The position numbers and the translations under genes are program-made. A stretch of DNA of 64,000 nt from Eremomyces bilateralis CBS 781.70 (lineage: Eukaryota), in the NCBI GenBank assembly GCA_010015585.1, contig ML975158.1; one strand, written 5' to 3'. Below are positions 48,107 through 62,007 of this stretch, piece by piece. Each line of letters starts with the position of its first letter. Position 1 is the first letter of the stretch. The notes beneath the pieces were generated by a model. It saw only the letters and a program-made list of their open reading frames with translations, did no database searches and was not told the DNA's origin.

Positions 48107-50016
48107 ATGGCGGACGATGCTACACAAGGGGATCTCGGTCGAGCGATACTGAATATTCTACCTGCGGAACTTCTGTCCAATATCATTAGGTACCTTCCGA
48201 CCATAGAAGAAGTCAGGAACCTTAGTTTGACCTGTCGCGGTCTTACTGCCTTCATTCAAGAGCAAGGATGGAAGATCTGGGTCCAGACACACTTCCCCAC
48301 CTTCAACCCACCGCCCATATGGGAATCCGTCGCCGTTGAGCTAGCAGCGCTCTCGCAACACCTCGACACGAAGGCAATGACCCTTCGACACTTAGACCCT
48401 ACCGGAGCCACCATCTTGATCCCCCCTGACTGGCCAGACTACAAGTGGCCTGCCTCCAGCGCGAGGCAGACGATCGGCTATCGAGCCGTCCTGGACAGCT
48501 ATGAAGAGTGGAGGGCGGGAGACTGGGGGGCGCGACGAGAGGTGCTGGGATGGGGAGCTGGTCCGGCCTGCTACTTTCGCGTGAGGGAGATCGATCCGAA
48601 CGCTACTGGAAACAAACGAAGCAAGCCATTCAGATGGTGCAGCTTCAAGCCGCCGAATGCGGTGGATGGACACGATGATGTGACTATGCTGAAGCTCCTC
48701 GGCGTGCAAGACCCCACAGGCCATTTTCCTAAAGGGGATAGAGTCCTCATTGGAACCGCGGCCGGCAGTCTTACACTCGCGAGCTTCTCGCTTGAGGGGA
48801 GTGCTAACGACAGGAACACCGCTCTCTTGGCTGGCTTTGGCACGGGACAACGTGCATTGCTAGGCGGCGATGTATCGCCTGCTGGAGATGGGTTATTTGC
48901 TGTATCTCTGGGCAAGGCGGATATCGCTCTCTACCGCGTTCCAGATGAGCAGATGTCGGATGTTAATCCGTTGAGCGAAGTAACGGCATTCCGCGACACA
49001 AAAGACAGTCGGTTGTGGTGTTGCAAATTCATGTCGGAAACCCAACTCGCTGCTGCTGGTGGTTTATCCACTCATCCGATCAAGATATATCAAGTCACCC
49101 CTTCCGGATTTTCAGAGTCTCCCGTAAACTCTTGGGAGTTTAAGGATGGACTTTCGCGCCAGGGCACGCCGATTACCACAGGAACATGCTACGCCGTGGA
49201 ACCGATTCCCCAATCCTCATCTTTATACAATCCTGGGACCTTCGTGTCGGGCCTTAGAGACGGAAGTGTCAGGTACGTCTACCCACTCTTCATCCGTGAA
49301 CGAAGCTCATTTGTAGGCTGCATGACTTAAGAGTACCCGGTCTAGGCGGCAGATGCCTATACGATCTGTTGCCCGGACCTGTCTACTCCCTCTGCTGCAT
49401 CGGTGGACGAAGTCTCCTTGTCGGTTTGGGCGATAGCCCAACTATCGCGATTCTCGACCTCCGCATGCCTGGTAGTCGCGTCTATGACTGGAGAGATGCG
49501 TTGACCGAAGATCAACGCAAGGATCTGACATGCCCGCTCGTCCAAGCTCCGTCCGTTATCCGTGACGGTGGCGACCTTCCCAACAAAGCTGATGAAGTAT
49601 TCGGAGCCACCTCCGTGGACCTGCACAAGATAGTGCAGCGGATTACCGGCTGGAACAGGGCTCGAAGCACATTTCCGATTTACTGTCTATCGCGCCCCTC
49701 GTCTGTCTCGTCGAGTGTCTTCGTTGGTACACAGAATGGAGTGGCGCAGCTAGACTTCCAGGATAACCACGAGGCTTGGTGGGATTCCTTTTACCGAGGA
49801 AATGAAGCAACTTATGACCGGCTTCTTACCGCACCTGACCTACGCAGCATTGTCAGTATGACCATGGCAGAGCGGAGGTTTGACACGAGGCAAACGTGGT
49901 ATTGGAAACAGGCAGAGCTACCGTCCCTTGGACATCCTCCGCACTCTACGAAACTGCCGAAGGATGCAGTAAGCTTCCTTGGCGGACTGGACATGCGGTG
50001 GAAATTGGGATCTTAG
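48107..50016 (+). CDS. F-box protein with WD40-like beta-propeller (621 aa)
   Basis: N-terminal ILPAELLSNIIRYL..V.NLSLTCR. Intron 49273-49316 gives SGLRDGSVRLHDLR; later ILDLRMPG. Confidence 0.75.
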
Positions 50017-50365
50017 CCAGTCACGGCATATGTGAGTAGGTATGTAAAGTGGGAGGCCCCTTTGACATCCTCGCTACGTCAAGAATGTGAAAAGGAGCGT
50101 GTTCGAGGTCGCCAATGCATAGACTACTTGTCTATGAATAGAAATAATATAGTCATATTCAGGGTATAGAGAGGTGATCCACAACATTACCTACACAATC
50201 ACCATAGCCTCGCATATCATACACGTCACATCCTCGAAACATGCAATACCCCGCCGTCATTGATCCCTAGCGTCGACTGACCGCTACGTCGAGATACCCA
50301 AAACCATGATCGGACCCCATGTCATCCAATTCCCAATCCGCCCACCCATCGTCCCCGATAACCCA

Positions 50366-53300
50366 TCACATTTCGTCATCTCCATCATCAGATCCAGACC
50401 GGAAGCGATCACCGAGTCTCGGCGGCCCGGATATCCAGACCTGGCTCGCGCTGACATCGTCAGCATCATGGTCCGGCTCTTTCTCATCATCATCATCCTC
50501 CCCGGCAACGGGGTCACCATCAACGGATGCGGCGTTGGCTGCTTCAAGCTCTTTCTGACGTTGGGCAAGCCGAGCGGCAAATTGTCGGCGCGCGCGCGAC
50601 GGCGCGACCTGCAGCGGAGGAGGGATCGCGATGGGAGGCGTCGACTTAGGCTAAACAATGGCGCGAACGGGTTAGCCCTCTATTTCACGACGGAGAAAGA
50701 AGAAAAGAACAACACGAAAGATCCATCGTCTGAATTTGAACATGACTCGTACAATCATTAACTCCAATAGTGCTAAAAACGAGCCCTGCACAGACAGACC
50801 AAGATAGAAGCGAACCACATGACGGCCGCCACCACCGATGGGAGGTAAAAGAAAACGCACCCACTCTGCGCTTTCTCGGATCGATGTGACGGGGTCACCG
50901 ATAATCCATCTCAACATCTTCAAATGAGAGTTCACCCACTTGGTCTGATTCGCTCAACGGTTGAGTCTCCCGATCATCAACATCAGCCTCCCCGCTCTCG
51001 CTGCCCCCAATCACGCCCCCTTCATCCCCCTCCTCGTCTTCCTCGTCGCTGGAATGATTGAATCCGCTGAGCAGCGTGTTGCCGCCGAAGGTGTATCCGC
51101 CCGCTCCCGGGTCGCCGGCGAGTTCGAGGGTCTCCAGGCCGTTGGAGCCGCTGCTTTGGCCCATCAACGCGGCGAGGCCGGAGGACCCGCCGTCGTAGCC
51201 TTGCGCGGAGTTGACTGCATTCAGAACGGCTTGGCGTGGGCCGCCGGCCAGATCGGGTCGCACGCCGCCTAGGATGGCGTTGTCGCGTTCGCGTGTCTCG
51301 GTGAGCGTTTGCTCGACGTAAGTGACCCACCCATCGCTCATGACCCGTTCTAGGACAGATTGGGAGAGGAGCTCGGGCGGGTGTCGTTCGGTGAACTTGA
51401 CTACTTCTTCGGCGATTAATGTCAGGTGTCCCATGTATCCGAGACGGATGTTGGTCTCCTCCTGTGCTTTATCGCTAGCTTCCTGGCCGTCGATGATTCG
51501 CTCGGTGATTCGGCCATTGTCGAAGAGGTCGATGGCTAGGCTGCGGTTGAAACCGCGTTCCATTTGACCGTTGAAGACTTGTTGAACGACATCGTAGACA
51601 ACGTTGTGGAGGAAGTTATTCCATGGAAACCGGAAGAAGAAGTCCTAGATCAAGGTTAACGAGCCGTGACAAGGTCTATCAAGCTGAAGAAACACTCACA
51701 AGGATCGTAGGTACCACTCTGTTCTCCACGAATTGTATCTTCAAAAAATCCCCAACGACGGGTGCACCATCCACGTCGACCTCAAACGGAGGTGCGGGTT
51801 CTTCTGGGGGACCTGCAAGAATGACTGAATGTGAGCTCTGGGAATCCTCAAACTCCGTTCCCGTATCCGTTCCACGTTTCTCAGTTTCGTCCATGGCGTC
51901 TTCTTTTGATGCCGGACCGTCATGCTCTATGTTGTTGGAAACACTTGGCTTGCTCGAGAATAATGGTGCGGGCATTGCTGCAGAGATTTCGAAGCTAGGT
52001 TCATATTGCATACGATCTGGGGAACTGTTGGTACAGGTAATGATACAGTTGGTTAAATGGGACGTACCGGTGTCAGTCTCTTCCCCTGGAGGTAGGCTAT
52101 CCACAAACTCTGCTGCGGTCGTAGGTTCGGCTCCTGTATCCAGACCAAGGCCTTGTTCTAGCTTCAGCTGATCAAGTCTTTCGCTAAGTGATCCTGAGGA
52201 CTCCGTGTCGGTGGATGTAGGGCCGTCGTGGTTCGTATCTTCTGCTGCTTTCTCGGTTGCGCTCTCATTCTCTTCAGCTTTCTCATTAGGGACTTTCTCG
52301 GTGTTTGCTGAGCTGCCATCTGACAAGTCGTCCTTCTCTGAAAGAGCATGAGCCGTATCGTCCTTGCCAGGATCGGTTTCCACCTCTTCGCCATAGACAT
52401 CAGACGCTGCAACCTTTTCGAACTCGTCTTCCTCGCCGCTATTCGAAACTTCCAACCGTTTGATCAGTTCCGGGGAACCTTCTAAGCTCGAAGGCCGTCG
52501 CGCGTGATGAAAACCGGAGCTGTCAACGCTCGTTCCAAAGTCATTCTCGAGAGCAGACTCTTTCACGGAGGTCAACTTTCCTTCTGCTTTAAGTCTGGCA
52601 CGCTCGGCGTCCCTTGCCCTGATCTCCATTTCTGCCCCCCTCTCGTTGAGAAGAGCCATATTACTGCAATGGAGTAGCTCTGCCATCAATTCGCATGTCT
52701 TGAACCGATCGAATCCAAGCGGCTCGAATGGTTCGCCGAAGGCCGATTTGATTTTCTTGGGTATTTGAACCTTGACGCCATTCTCTTCGACGGTTTCCAT
52801 AGCAGTGTGCTGGATAAGACTCATGAAGTCGGGGATATGCTGCGCGAACTGGCGAAGAAGGGTGCCAAGGTATATCGGGTCGGAAGATTTGGGAACTGGG
52901 CCTATTTGGTTGTCCATGTCATAGTCGGAATTATTCTTTCGGATAACCTCAATGACAATACCAACGCCAACAGTCAGAGGATTGCCGCCACCAAGCATTT
53001 CGTTGATCAGCATTCCGATGCATTCCTCGGACACCAATTGTCGTGTCAACTCGTTTGGACCGATGACACTCTGATCCTGACTCGTCGCGTTCGCTGATAT
53101 CGTAATGATGGCTTTAAGAAAATCTCCGGCCGAAGTTTGGGTGGAAGAGGACTGCTTAGAAGACAAATATGAAAGCAAAATGGGTATCATGTCCTTCGTT
53201 TGCAACCACTATAGAGATGCGATGAGCGACGAAATCAGGAGCTTTTAATAAAAAACTTACATCAACAATGCCCTGTCCTCCTTCGGCCTTCTCCAAACTG

Positions 53301-53956
53301 ATGATCTTCAATAAGAGATCCATGATCATGGGACAGTCGACATGCTGCAACATGTCCGGAATGATGTTATCGATGGATTTGAATAGATCCAGCATCTCCT
53401 CGGTCTTTCGATCTAACAGGGACTCGTTGACTTTCATGAAATATCCAGCTTGGACGGCGTCAAGTGGTGGTTCTTGCTTGGCATAATCCCAGAATTTGCG
53501 CAAGCTTTCCTGGTTTTCCATCAAAGCCTCCGAGATGGACCAGACCTCCGAGGAAAGAATCTCACTGGCCACATATGCGTACTTCAGCCGTTGCTTTTCT
53601 TCTTTCGATTCCTCCCCATCTCCGTCGTCTTTGCCTAATGACTTCGATCTTGATCGACGCCTTCCCTTGCTGAAGAAGCTGTCCAAGGCGCCGCCGCTCG
53701 ATGGCCTGTCCTTCTCCGCTGGGCTCGGTTCATCTTCGTCCGGTGTCGGCTCCGGGTTCAGCGCAACTACATATCTCAGTAGGCGGTCAAGTATATTGTC
53801 GTCGCGCAGATACTCTATTAACTTCGAGTTCTGCTGCTTCAGCTCTTGGATAAGATCCGACTCGTCCAGCAGCTCCTCAAGAGTAACATCGGGTTTATCC
53901 AGTATCGAGTCTAGGGTGGAAATGTTCGCATATCCACCCCCAAAGCGCCAAAACAT
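50366..53956 (-). CDS. Sit4-associated protein (SAPS domain, Sap185/190 / Ekc1-like)
   Basis: Start MFWRFGGGYANISTLD; motifs GFDRFKTCELMAELLHCSN, FFRFPWNNFLHNVVYD, RLGYMGHLTLIAEEV. Introns 53209-53260 and 51645-51699, with an optional intron at 50651-50939. Confidence 0.9.
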
Positions 53957-54936
53957 GTTGGCCGATGTGATCCCAGGGGGAATAAGAGGATATATGAGGG
54001 GTTTCCTGCGTGGAGAGCAGATCGGTCAACCAGGCGTAACTCGGAGCATGTGGCCAGGGTGTAGGAGAGACACGGGACGGTCCTATACTGAAAGTAAAAC
54101 CACGAGATATTGTTAGCCAGGCTCACATGAAAGCGCTAAATGGAAGAGTAATGATTATAACAGGAGGAATTGCGGCAGCTTGAAGACCACAAGGTATGGT
54201 AGTGTTATCAGAAGCTTCCTGAGAGCCTTACTAGGAGTTCAAGATGATATATGCTCGGATGTACCCATGCTATACGACGGACCGAATGGAACTATGGCGA
54301 TATCCCAGTTCTTAATGGTATTCGAGCTAGTCTACAAGTAGAGCTTTCATTCGATAGTTGGGAAGAGGACAAAAGGTGTCGTAGATTGATCACAAACAAG
54401 TGACACTCGGTGATTTGGACGTGGCCAAGTCAGATCGAATCGAGACCTGGCAAGCACGTGACGAAAAGATCATCCAGCATCGCGGATCATGATTGTACAA
54501 CTATCACCTTCATGTCATGATCACAGTTGAACATGAGGCTAGATCCCCAGATTTTTCTATGTCAGACCAAAGGGGACGTCTTAGAATAGGATGTTACATC
54601 CAAGTCCTTTACATATGTTAATGACAACTCCGATCCGGGTGTGATCGAGCAGGATTGAGCCCTACGGTACCTACAACTCCTGACACTAGTCATGATGCAA
54701 AAGATGGATGTTTAGGCCACAGCGTATCACAGGTCATTTATCGAATGCTCATTGAGTCGACTGTTGATGCCATCAACTTAATACGTTTGCCGTCCAGCTT
54801 CTGGGATTGGATTCTCCAAGCTAGGCCTTCCGCAATCTGTGACCCAGGGACGGTATTGACGAGATTCTCATTGATGTCCGCCTCCTACGCCTAGTAGAGA
54901 ACTCATATCATCCACCTGAAGCTAATATTCGCTCAA

Positions 54937-56978
54937 ATGGCGAATTCAAATCCCTCTGTCGCTACCTCATACAAAAAGCAAGATGGTTCGCTCATCCTGT
55001 CAGCGGATAGGAAGTCTATCACCTGGACTCCAACGGCTCAGGGGGCCTCAAACGCGCCGATTGTCCTATCCGTAGCAGAGATATCAAGTTCGTTCGAACA
55101 TCCTCTAACGCATTCAAAGTATGCCTAGACTGACAGCCACCCGAAGACCTCCAGCAAACACCAGCCACAAGCGCCAAAGTCTCGACCAAAGTTGTCGTCC
55201 AGAAACCAAACCAAACTACCCCAGAGAACTTCGTCTTCACCTTTACATCACCGAACGCCCGAAATGAGCAATCCACCATAACCGAGTCCATCCGCAAGGC
55301 GATCGAGGCAAGCAAATCACAAAACGGAGCCGGCGATGGAGCCTCAACTGCTGCGGCTGGTCCACCAGGGGACGGGCAATCAGGCGCGATGGCTTTCGCC
55401 CAAACTGTGTCCAGTACACCTCGGACCGATCCCCTTTACGACGATGCGCGTCTTGCCACTGACGCCAACCTACAACGCTCCCTACTCCACGCGAACGCTC
55501 AGCTTCGGCAGCGATTCAATGAGTCGCTTGCCGAGAAGCCGGAAGGCATTACAATGTCGCAGTTCAGCGCACAATTTTGGTCGACAAGGGTGCATCTGCT
55601 ACGAGCACATGCCGTTGGAAAGAGCCAATCCCATGGCGTTTACAACGTACTATCGGAAGTGAAGCCGAAGAATGTGGACGGCACCGCGCGGTTGAACTTG
55701 AGCAAGGAGCAAATCGTTCTGATATTCAAACAACATCCGCTTGTAAAGCGAGTATACGATGAGAGCGTGCCGCCGATGCAAGAGAAGGATTTCTGGTCTC
55801 GATTCTTCGTCAGCAGGCTATGCAAAAAGCTCAGGGGGGAAAAAATCACCGAGATTGACTCCACCGACAAAGACCTAGACAAGTACTTGAACCAGGATGA
55901 GTATTCAACGCAGCGGAGGGACCTAGAACCTCATGTGCCACACATAATCGATCTAGAAGGCAATGAGAACGACATCACTCTGGAGAAAGGCAACCGACCG
56001 GATTGGACCATGCGTCCCCAAGACCACGATCGAGTTCCCATTCTTCGCGTGTTAAACCGAATGAGCGAGAAGATGATGACGGAAGTTGCTCCATCCGATA
56101 ACCTCTACGATCCCGTCGGCATGGACGAAGAGACGTTCAACCAACTCCGCTTGCGCGATCTCGATGCCAATGGCGCCGACAACCGTATCATCCTCAACAT
56201 CAAAGACCAGCGCCGCTTCCTCGCCGCCGGGGTCTCCCATGTCTCCAAAGAAGCTGCTCGCTTCGCCAAGATGCAACCCCAACAGGTCGTCGACAACCTG
56301 CGTGCGGAGTTCGGCACCGAGCCCTTCGATCTGAATGCCGCGCTCAACGTACGCCCACAAAGCGACGAGGACTCGGATGAGGAAGACGACCCACGCCCTT
56401 TAAAAGACCGCATCGGCAGCCGAGCCGGCCGCACCGCCGCCACAAACGACATGATCGGGACGATCCGCCAACGACGGAATTACACCGACGTATTACCCAG
56501 CGGTATGGACAGCGCAAATTTCGGCGCAGTCCCGCTCACAGACACCGGCCTGTCGCAGGATATCATCGATTCCCTCCTCATCACGCATAACACGACCATC
56601 GAATTCCTCCACTACTTCTGGGTGGTCTTCCACTCGGGCGATGCAGACCGGGCCGGCGAGCTGCAGAAGCTCGTCGAGACGCTGGATAAGAGCCTCGATC
56701 GCATCCAGATGATAGCCGATCGGGCAGAGCAGGAGCGGGGGAGCCGGGTCGCGGCGCTGCAAAAGCAGGAGGAGGAGCGGATGCGAAGGAAGGGGAGGAG
56801 GGGCCAGGTTAATGTCGGTGCAATCAAGGGAGGAGCGGCGGTTGTGAATCAGTTGCTGGCACCGACGAAGAGGGCGATTGATGCGGCACGGGTGGAGTTT
56901 GAGGCAGCGTTGAGGACGCAGTTAAGTAAGGCGGTCGGAGACAGTGGTGATCGTGATACGCCGATGACTGACCGATGA
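54937..56978 (+). CDS. TFB1: TFIIH subunit Tfb1/p62 (660 aa)
   Basis: PH-like N-terminus (SYKKQDG, NLQQTP across intron 55088-55146), BSD repeats (FWSTRVHLLRA, FWSRFF), HIIDLEGN, HNTTIEFLHYFW. Confidence 0.9.
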
Positions 56979-57400
56979 GAACATTTGTCCCGCAACTACG
57001 GCTCTGGCTACCCCTTCGAGGGAGATACTCTCCTGGAGCTGGAAACATGGCCCACGGGACCGAAAGACGGCTCCATGATTGCAAGGATAGAAGTTTCGAA
57101 ACGATTCATATTCGGCGGTTCTACCTGGATGGATCTAAAGAAAACTTGCAACCAGTCTCGTTAAAGGAATATTCACAACGTCCCGCCCTAAAAAGGAGGA
57201 TCGTGAGACTGTCGTAACAACGTGCGGTCCAGGGTTTCACCAGGCCTCCACATCAATCTACTACACTCCCTCGATGCGATTGAGATGGCATCCTACCAAC
57301 TATCCATATATTAAAAATATTTCCGATCAAATACCAAAACCTTCGAGGCACCGCATTAAGAACACCATGAAGCAGGTGCCAGACTCCTCTCCCATGCAAT

Positions 57401-58177
57401 CTAAGTGTCCCTCACAGGGTCATAGTACGAAGTACCAGTGTGCGCCGTTTGTGCTGCAATAATATCAGCGCCAGGTACGTCGCAAGAGGTCGGACAAACG
57501 CGTCAACCAAACCAGTGGAGATGGAGCTAACTTACCGTAGTACGCATGAGGCGCATACGCCGCGTGCTGCGCGGCCGCCGCATCGCCGCATGGGTAGTAA
57601 TTCGCACTATATCGATTCCGATTCCGATCATCACGATAGCGAAACGAATGCCAAAGCCTGCCGAGCCGATCAATCACCCGTGCATTCCCGAATCTACACA
57701 CGCAGGGGGTTGGGGGGATGTCTTGTCAACGAAACGAAAATCAAAGCGCAACTTACGTCCACCGAATGATCCAATTCTCCCAATTCTCCCCGTCGTAGCG
57801 CACGCCGAGATTGTACACGGAGCGCGTCGCAGGGCTCGCGGTCCGGAAGATCTCCTGAATCTCTATGTGCTTGCTCGTCTCAGTGACGTGCGTGGTGGCC
57901 TGGTACCCGTGCAGGAGATGCTCACGATGGATGGCGCGCTCACGGCCGTGGTTCGCCTCTTCCTGTGTGCGGCATTAGTTCACTAGGCTCATGGATCGCG
58001 TGGGTGTCCGGCTTGCAAGGGGACACGATCACGGGTGTTTCATGGGGTTGGGGATCTTACCATCATCAGCATGTAGAGGTGGCGGTGGGCTTCGTTGGAT
58101 TCGGACCAGTTAAGCGCGTGGAAGAGGTCTTCCTTGGAGCGGCTCGGGGCGATGGGGGAGAGGATGGATGACGGCAT
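57401..58177 (-). CDS. Hypothetical protein, 4 exons, 165 aa
   Basis: Exons 58177-58061, 57962-57757, 57657-57536, 57453-57401, all with GTAAG donors and in frame (498 nt). Contains ENWIIRWTLWHSFRYRD and ends YYDPVRDT. Confidence 0.75.
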
Positions 58178-61100
58178 GGTTAGACGTTTAGGATGGCAGA
58201 CGAAAATCGGTGGTCTAATGTTTAAATCTTGGGAGAAGGGTCCTCGCTTTCGCCTAGCAGCGAACTGGGGACCAAGGGGCAATTTAGCAAATGTGAGGGT
58301 GTTCGAACAGGCAAATGGCAAGGCGTGGGCGACGGGTGAGTCGTGCTGAAACGTGAGGTCGGTGACGGCTTATCAAGAGGTGAGAGACGATGGGTCAGAA
58401 GGGCATATGAAGGCGAGAGCGAATGGGGGAAGCCACTCTGGGCGGGACGTGACGTGGGCAATTGGACTGAGCGGGTCGGGACACGCCGAATGAAGTGTGC
58501 ATGGAAGATCGAGTAGACATACTATGTAAGATATAACACAGTCCACCAATGCCGCTCAGCGGCAGGCTCTCAAATACCGAGACCATGGAACCCAATAGAC
58601 AGGAGGTTGATCTGTACCGCAGAAAATATGTCAACTTAGTGTCACCGCCAGGATTCAGTCGTCAAGTACCACGGCGCATGAGACACAAGAACAGGACTTT
58701 GCACCATCAAGCCACTGAATCATACCGGGCCTCTCGGGTAAAACTGCCAAGAAGAACAATAACGTTGGCGTATCATAGAAAAAGGCTCCGAGGGAGCTCG
58801 AATCAGAGCATGACGACAACTCGTCGAGACGACGCCGCACGTTGATTCGCTTGTGGACTCATGACAAGAAGAACAATTGTTGAAAGCACCACCCTACATG
58901 ACTAGGTGTGGATCCAGCGGCAGGGCCTAGTGGACGATCTTCGCTAATGCAATGTAATGTGTACCCTTTGGCTGAACCGGTCATAGCTTGCATAGTTGCA
59001 TCCACTCAGCACCGCAAACTCAAAACTCCATGGTGGCAATAGCGGAGATGGCCTGGTTGTCTGGCCTTCGGACTGGCTGGTATTGTAGCGGACGCCACGC
59101 CCGACCTTTACCCTGGGTTGATACATCCAGTGAGAAGGATGGTTTCGGGAATTCCGGTATCGAGTAGCCCCAACATTTGCTCTCGTAAAGTGACGAATTC
59201 CCTTGGTGACGTGGAAGCGCTTTGTGGAAACGCCATTTGGAAGCGCCCAGACGAAGTCCGGCTGACAACCTTCATCCCCACAAGTCACGACGACATCTGA
59301 GCAAGCAGAATATCGAGGGAGGCGTTGCGACCTGTGCAGTTTGGACCATTATTTCTCATGCAAGACGGGGAATGCTTAAAATTGATGGTGTGGAGCCCCT
59401 GGCTGGCAAAGATATAGCAGGGCGGCGATAAGCATGGCCAACGCACACTTTCAGAATCCCATGCACCTCAAAGTGGAAAATACGGAAAATCTAGCGCCAA
59501 ATGCACCGAAGGTGGATCCATCGAGCACGATTCGTCAGCCATTCCTGGCGAGAGAAAAAGAAATGAATTCCTCTCTCATCTGAGGCATATCCTCAAGGAT
59601 GGGAACTTGGATTATACTTTATCCCACAACGATGTGACAGGTTCCGCAGGCAGACCACATGCTCAAGACGGGATCCATCGCGGGACGTTCCGACTTCCGA
59701 GCGGGGACAACTCAGCCTGCGGAAGTGGAGACACGACGTCGAGAACATGCAGTTGTGGATGCGCCAGAAGCTTAGAATGGACAGAAGAGTATGCATCCGT
59801 CCACCGCCAGTTGTCGGTTGGTTCCTTTCCATCAGGCGGGCACATAATTTCGTCCTGAATTTATTCCCTGGCCAACTTGGGCCTCCTAGGCCTCATAGGC
59901 GGTGGAGAAAATCGAGACTGTGGAGATGGGAACCTTCTGTGAATGGTTCCAAACGTAGTACAAGATGGCTAGGGTCCCTGTTGTGATATCGATATGTGGC
60001 TATACAGGAAAGAGGAATTACCCTGACAGGTATGGATAATCATTGCCTCTTTCAGACGAAGGCCTTGAAGGATTCACACCAACGAAGGGGTTCTTCGAAA
60101 AAATGGTGGTTGATGCAAGCGACATGCAAGGCCCCATGCTTATGCATGAGACTGAATAGTGACAAATATGATGGACAAGGCTTGTTTGACTATGGGAAAG
60201 ACGAGACGAAAAAAGCAACAAGACGGTACGAAATGTTAAGTCTGTTATGACTTGTGGGACAAAGGCGCCTCGAGGATGCACCGCCGCACTTTTGTCTAGC
60301 CTGAATGACACAAACTTGCCACGCGAGAGCCACGCGAGAGTTTGTGTTATGATGGCTCAGCGTTCTACAAGCATCATGCTAGGAGAGAGGAAAAAGAAGA
60401 GAAAAAAGGGAGAACAAGAAGGGTGTCGAGTGGTAGAGGCAGCTGGAAGCAGAAGCACGTTGGTGCTGTATTGGGCTGAATGTCCATGGAAAACGTCTCA
60501 AGCGGGCGCCCTGCAGATGAGAGGCTGGTAAATTCTCTCCACTGGAGTGCTTTAAAGCGCTTTGACTAGGGTCGATTGGTGATCAATATCAGTGGTATCA
60601 ATGGCACTAGTCCACATCAGACAGCGCTAATCGTGTGATGCTGCCGGTCGCCAGCGACCCTGCATCGCTCCTTGGGATGATCTGGAGAATCGATGCCGAA
60701 ATAAGATCAGATAATGAGATTGGCGCGTTATGATCCAGGATAGCCTGTACAACCGCGACAGGCTAATAGTTTTCCAGATCGTCGCATTGCCGCAGGGTGA
60801 CTCCGTAAGACTGTTCCATCCACAAAGTCTACCTTGTAGTAGTGTAGGTACAGTACCCGTAGTGGAAAGTAGGGCGTAAGCCACACAGAGGACGGCACTC
60901 GGGAATGGGACAAGTCCTTGCCTGGGCTTGCATCATGGCGAGTTTCGATCCCATAGCAAAAACGCTGCTAAGTGCTAAGGGATATTACTAGAAGGCATTA
61001 GTGTATGCTCGATTTATGCTGCAGACTGCTTCCTCACTTGAGACAACATCATATTACACTTTACGGACCTGATACTCTGCTAGCAACACAAGAATAGAAT

Positions 61101-62007
61101 CATAGTGGGGAGCGAGAGAGCGAGAGAGGCAGGGCTGAATTGATGGAGGAACTGCTAACGAGGTGATGCAACCGCAGAGCCGCCACGACCGCCACCACCA
61201 CAGTCTATCCCAATCCGGTTGGCTTGCGCTGGTCGGAAGAACTCAACCGGCCGAAGAAGCAAGGCGAACGAAAGGACTAGAAGGTTGTTGAACTGTTAAA
61301 CTGTGAAGTTGGAGACACGGCACAAACTGTGGACAACAGGACAACGGGCAGATCGAGGGTGTCGCCCACGTGTCGCTGGTTGTACAAGCAAGGGGGCCAC
61401 ATGGCTTGATGGCCTGACATTTTTGTGTTTGTCCCGCCTCTGATGCCCCTGATATACGCCGCTGATATGTTGTGATACATCTTGATACGTCTGGAAACGT
61501 CTGGAAACGCCTGGGTACGCCTCTAAAGCCCTATCCGCTCCCTCAGTGCCTCCAATTCTCAAACAACATACGATTCTAGCGTGATCGTGGCCTGGACATC
61601 GTTCGTCTGCGGGCTAAGATGTCGAAAATCATGGAGGAGCAGGAGGCTTGCAAGTGGATATACTGCTCCTCGCCTCTGACCTCTCCTTTATCTCCCTCCT
61701 CTCTATTACCAGTCTACCTATCACAAGTCTTTATACGTAATAATTAGTACCGTACTTAGCCCCTCCACGTTCACTCCTGCTCCTGAGATCTCAGGTGCAA
61801 TTGCTGATTGGATATTCACGCCATGGAAGTCGCGCTCGGAGCCGTCCTGGATCAGATCATATGAACGATTGATGAATTCCTCCAGTCTATTATCCACATT
61901 GCATCTCTCGCTAATCTAATACTAAAATAACTCATCCACGGTTCTCCTGTGTGACACCCCAGTAGAGCGGAGCATCATTCCCAACCCTATCACACCGTTA
62001 TTTCGGC

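Noticed and set aside
52025..52067. Intron-like GTACGT...CAG within the SAP gene
   Set aside because: It is 43 nt; removal shifts the frame into a stop, while read-through stays open.
4540..56978. Functional cluster of chromatin/transcription genes (mit1, SAS3, velvet, TFB1)
   Set aside because: Widely spaced among unrelated genes; consistent with ordinary gene order.
61488..61515. Short CGTCTGGAAA tandem repeat
   Set aside because: About 2.5 copies, consistent with simple slippage.
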